From Trypethelium eluteriae (taxonomy: Eukaryota): a DNA stretch of 20,000 nucleotides. Made by a program: the position numbers and the translations under genes. Location: NCBI GenBank assembly GCA_051942245.1, contig JAVECL010000040.1:61876-81875 (forward strand), given 5' to 3'. Positions 18,634-20,000 of this stretch are shown here, piece by piece; the first letter of the stretch is position 1; the number at the start of each line of letters is the position of its first letter. The notes under the pieces were generated by a model. It worked only from the letters and a program-made list of their open reading frames with translations, was not told the origin of the DNA and searched no databases.

Positions 18634-19926
18634 TGCCAGCATCTCTCTGTAGCGCCCGCCCAGTCACGGATCACGTCTCATACACGCGGACAGCAAATTA
18701 TCCGCTGACCCACCCCGTCTTCATGGCACCTTCACCGTCCATAGAACTGGCTGCGGCAGCAGCAAAGGGTACCGCTTTTACTGCGCACTCTCCACTAAAC
18801 TTTCACACCGCAAAATTCGGCGTTGCGGGACCGGACGAAATATCCAAAAGGAGCTTAGATATTTGTTGATGAGATGTGATGGTCTCTGTTATCGATCTAG
18901 GTCTCTGCCGCTAGGTTATCGTTGAAAAGGATTGATTCCTCAACAACTTGATGGAGATGCCTGACAATGTCGCACCTTCGCTAGGGTGGATCAAATAACA
19001 GTCCCGATGTTGAGAGGCTCGATTCCAGCAGATCCGAGGCTGGGTGCTATATCTTCGTCTATATTTTTCCGTTCAGGCCTGCGCTTAAGGCCTGCTTTTA
19101 TTTGAAACATTGCATGGAGCGCTTTTTGCAGTTATTACTCCGCCTTGGCGTGGGGAAACACCTAATCTGTAGAGCGACGGGCTGTTCAATCAGGACAAGT
19201 AAGATCTGTATCTATATAATATAGCTTATGAAAATACGCTTTGTGGCCATGGCTGCAAGCAGGGACGGGCTGACGCGTAAAGTGTCGGCCGCTGTTTCAA
19301 CATGGATAGAGCTGACTCCTTACCTGCCCTGCAGTTTTGCCTATAAGCAGTGAATTATACGCATAATCGCATGCATTTGCAGGGTGTAGAGTCAGAACAC
19401 TAAAGACTATCGCACTTTGGTATTAGATGGGCACCAGGATTGATACCGGTCCTAAGAAAAGGTCAACTCGGCAAAGGCTGTGATAGCGGAAGGTAGAGGA
19501 AACGGCCACTTACACCATCTTCTGGAAGAAGTCACTACTTATTCCACAGAGTCCAATACCTTGACAAAGTTTACTACATGACAATCGATCGACCTCCACG
19601 AACTAGAGCGGAGATCGGGGGGCGTTTGAGCTCACTTGGTAAGAGGGCCAACGGCGGTCCTTTTGGGACTTCCTGCCTTCTGAAGATTGCCCCCGTAACC
19701 CAGACCGCGAAGTTGTCGAGTAAAATGGGTTTCGTCCATTATGTGCATGCTAGCTCGAAACCGACTAGATGCGGATATGCTATATACAAACGATTTAAAA
19801 TGATCAATCTACGCTAAGAAAGCAGCGACTCATCATGACGGCTGGTCAACTGTATCCGTGATTCCGCCAGCCTTCAGTACATACCTGGAACACCCCCAAG
19901 CCTTCATCTCACCATAATCATCAATC

Positions 19927-20000
19927 ATGAGCAACCCGTCCGACTCCTCGCAAAACGTTCGCAAGATCCAGAAGTCACATTACCTGAACCCAGGAAACAC
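19927..20000 (+). CDS. Probable 5' end of an unidentified gene (MSNPSDSSQNVRKIQKSHYLNPGN...)
   Basis: ATG lies in a typical fungal CAATCAATC-ATG context, with a TATATA at about 19781. The frame is open to the window end but too short to identify. Confidence 0.4.
   Translation, partial: MSNPSDSSQNVRKIQKSHYLNPGN

Noticed and set aside
1..20000. CRISPR arrays, tRNA/rRNA genes, transposase or reverse transcriptase genes, LTR/TIR elements
   Set aside because: None seen. The only tandem repeats are coding P/Q repeats and short palindromic simple sequences, and there is no AT-rich RIP-degraded block.

Overview
Eukaryotic genomic DNA from a filamentous ascomycete, judged from short 46-76 nt GT..AG introns with fungal branch sites and fungal gene families. 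In order: a partial quinate-permease-like MFS transporter (-), an intronless SIMPL/DUF541 gene (+), a spliced Ser/Thr-rich GPI-anchored wall protein (-), and a multi-exon amidase-signature gene (-) broken by a 4-bp CATG duplication. Next is an Ap4A phosphorylase (Apa1/Apa2-like) reading frame (-) with one in-frame TAA, whose 5' end overlaps the stop codon of an intact RWD + PARP-like ADP-ribosyltransferase gene (H-Y-E triad) in an ATGA stop/start arrangement. After that comes a compact, intronless putative glycan-biosynthesis cluster: an OCH1-like GT32 mannosyltransferase with a P/Q repeat tail, an Acyl_transf_3 membrane O-acyltransferase, a possible small membrane microprotein, and a type II membrane protein with beta-mannosyltransferase/GH130-like motifs. 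A further gene probably begins at 19927. The two best candidates for an undescribed system are the RWD-PARP/Ap4A-phosphorylase module and the acylated-mannan cluster. All family calls come from motif recognition by eye; no database searches were run.
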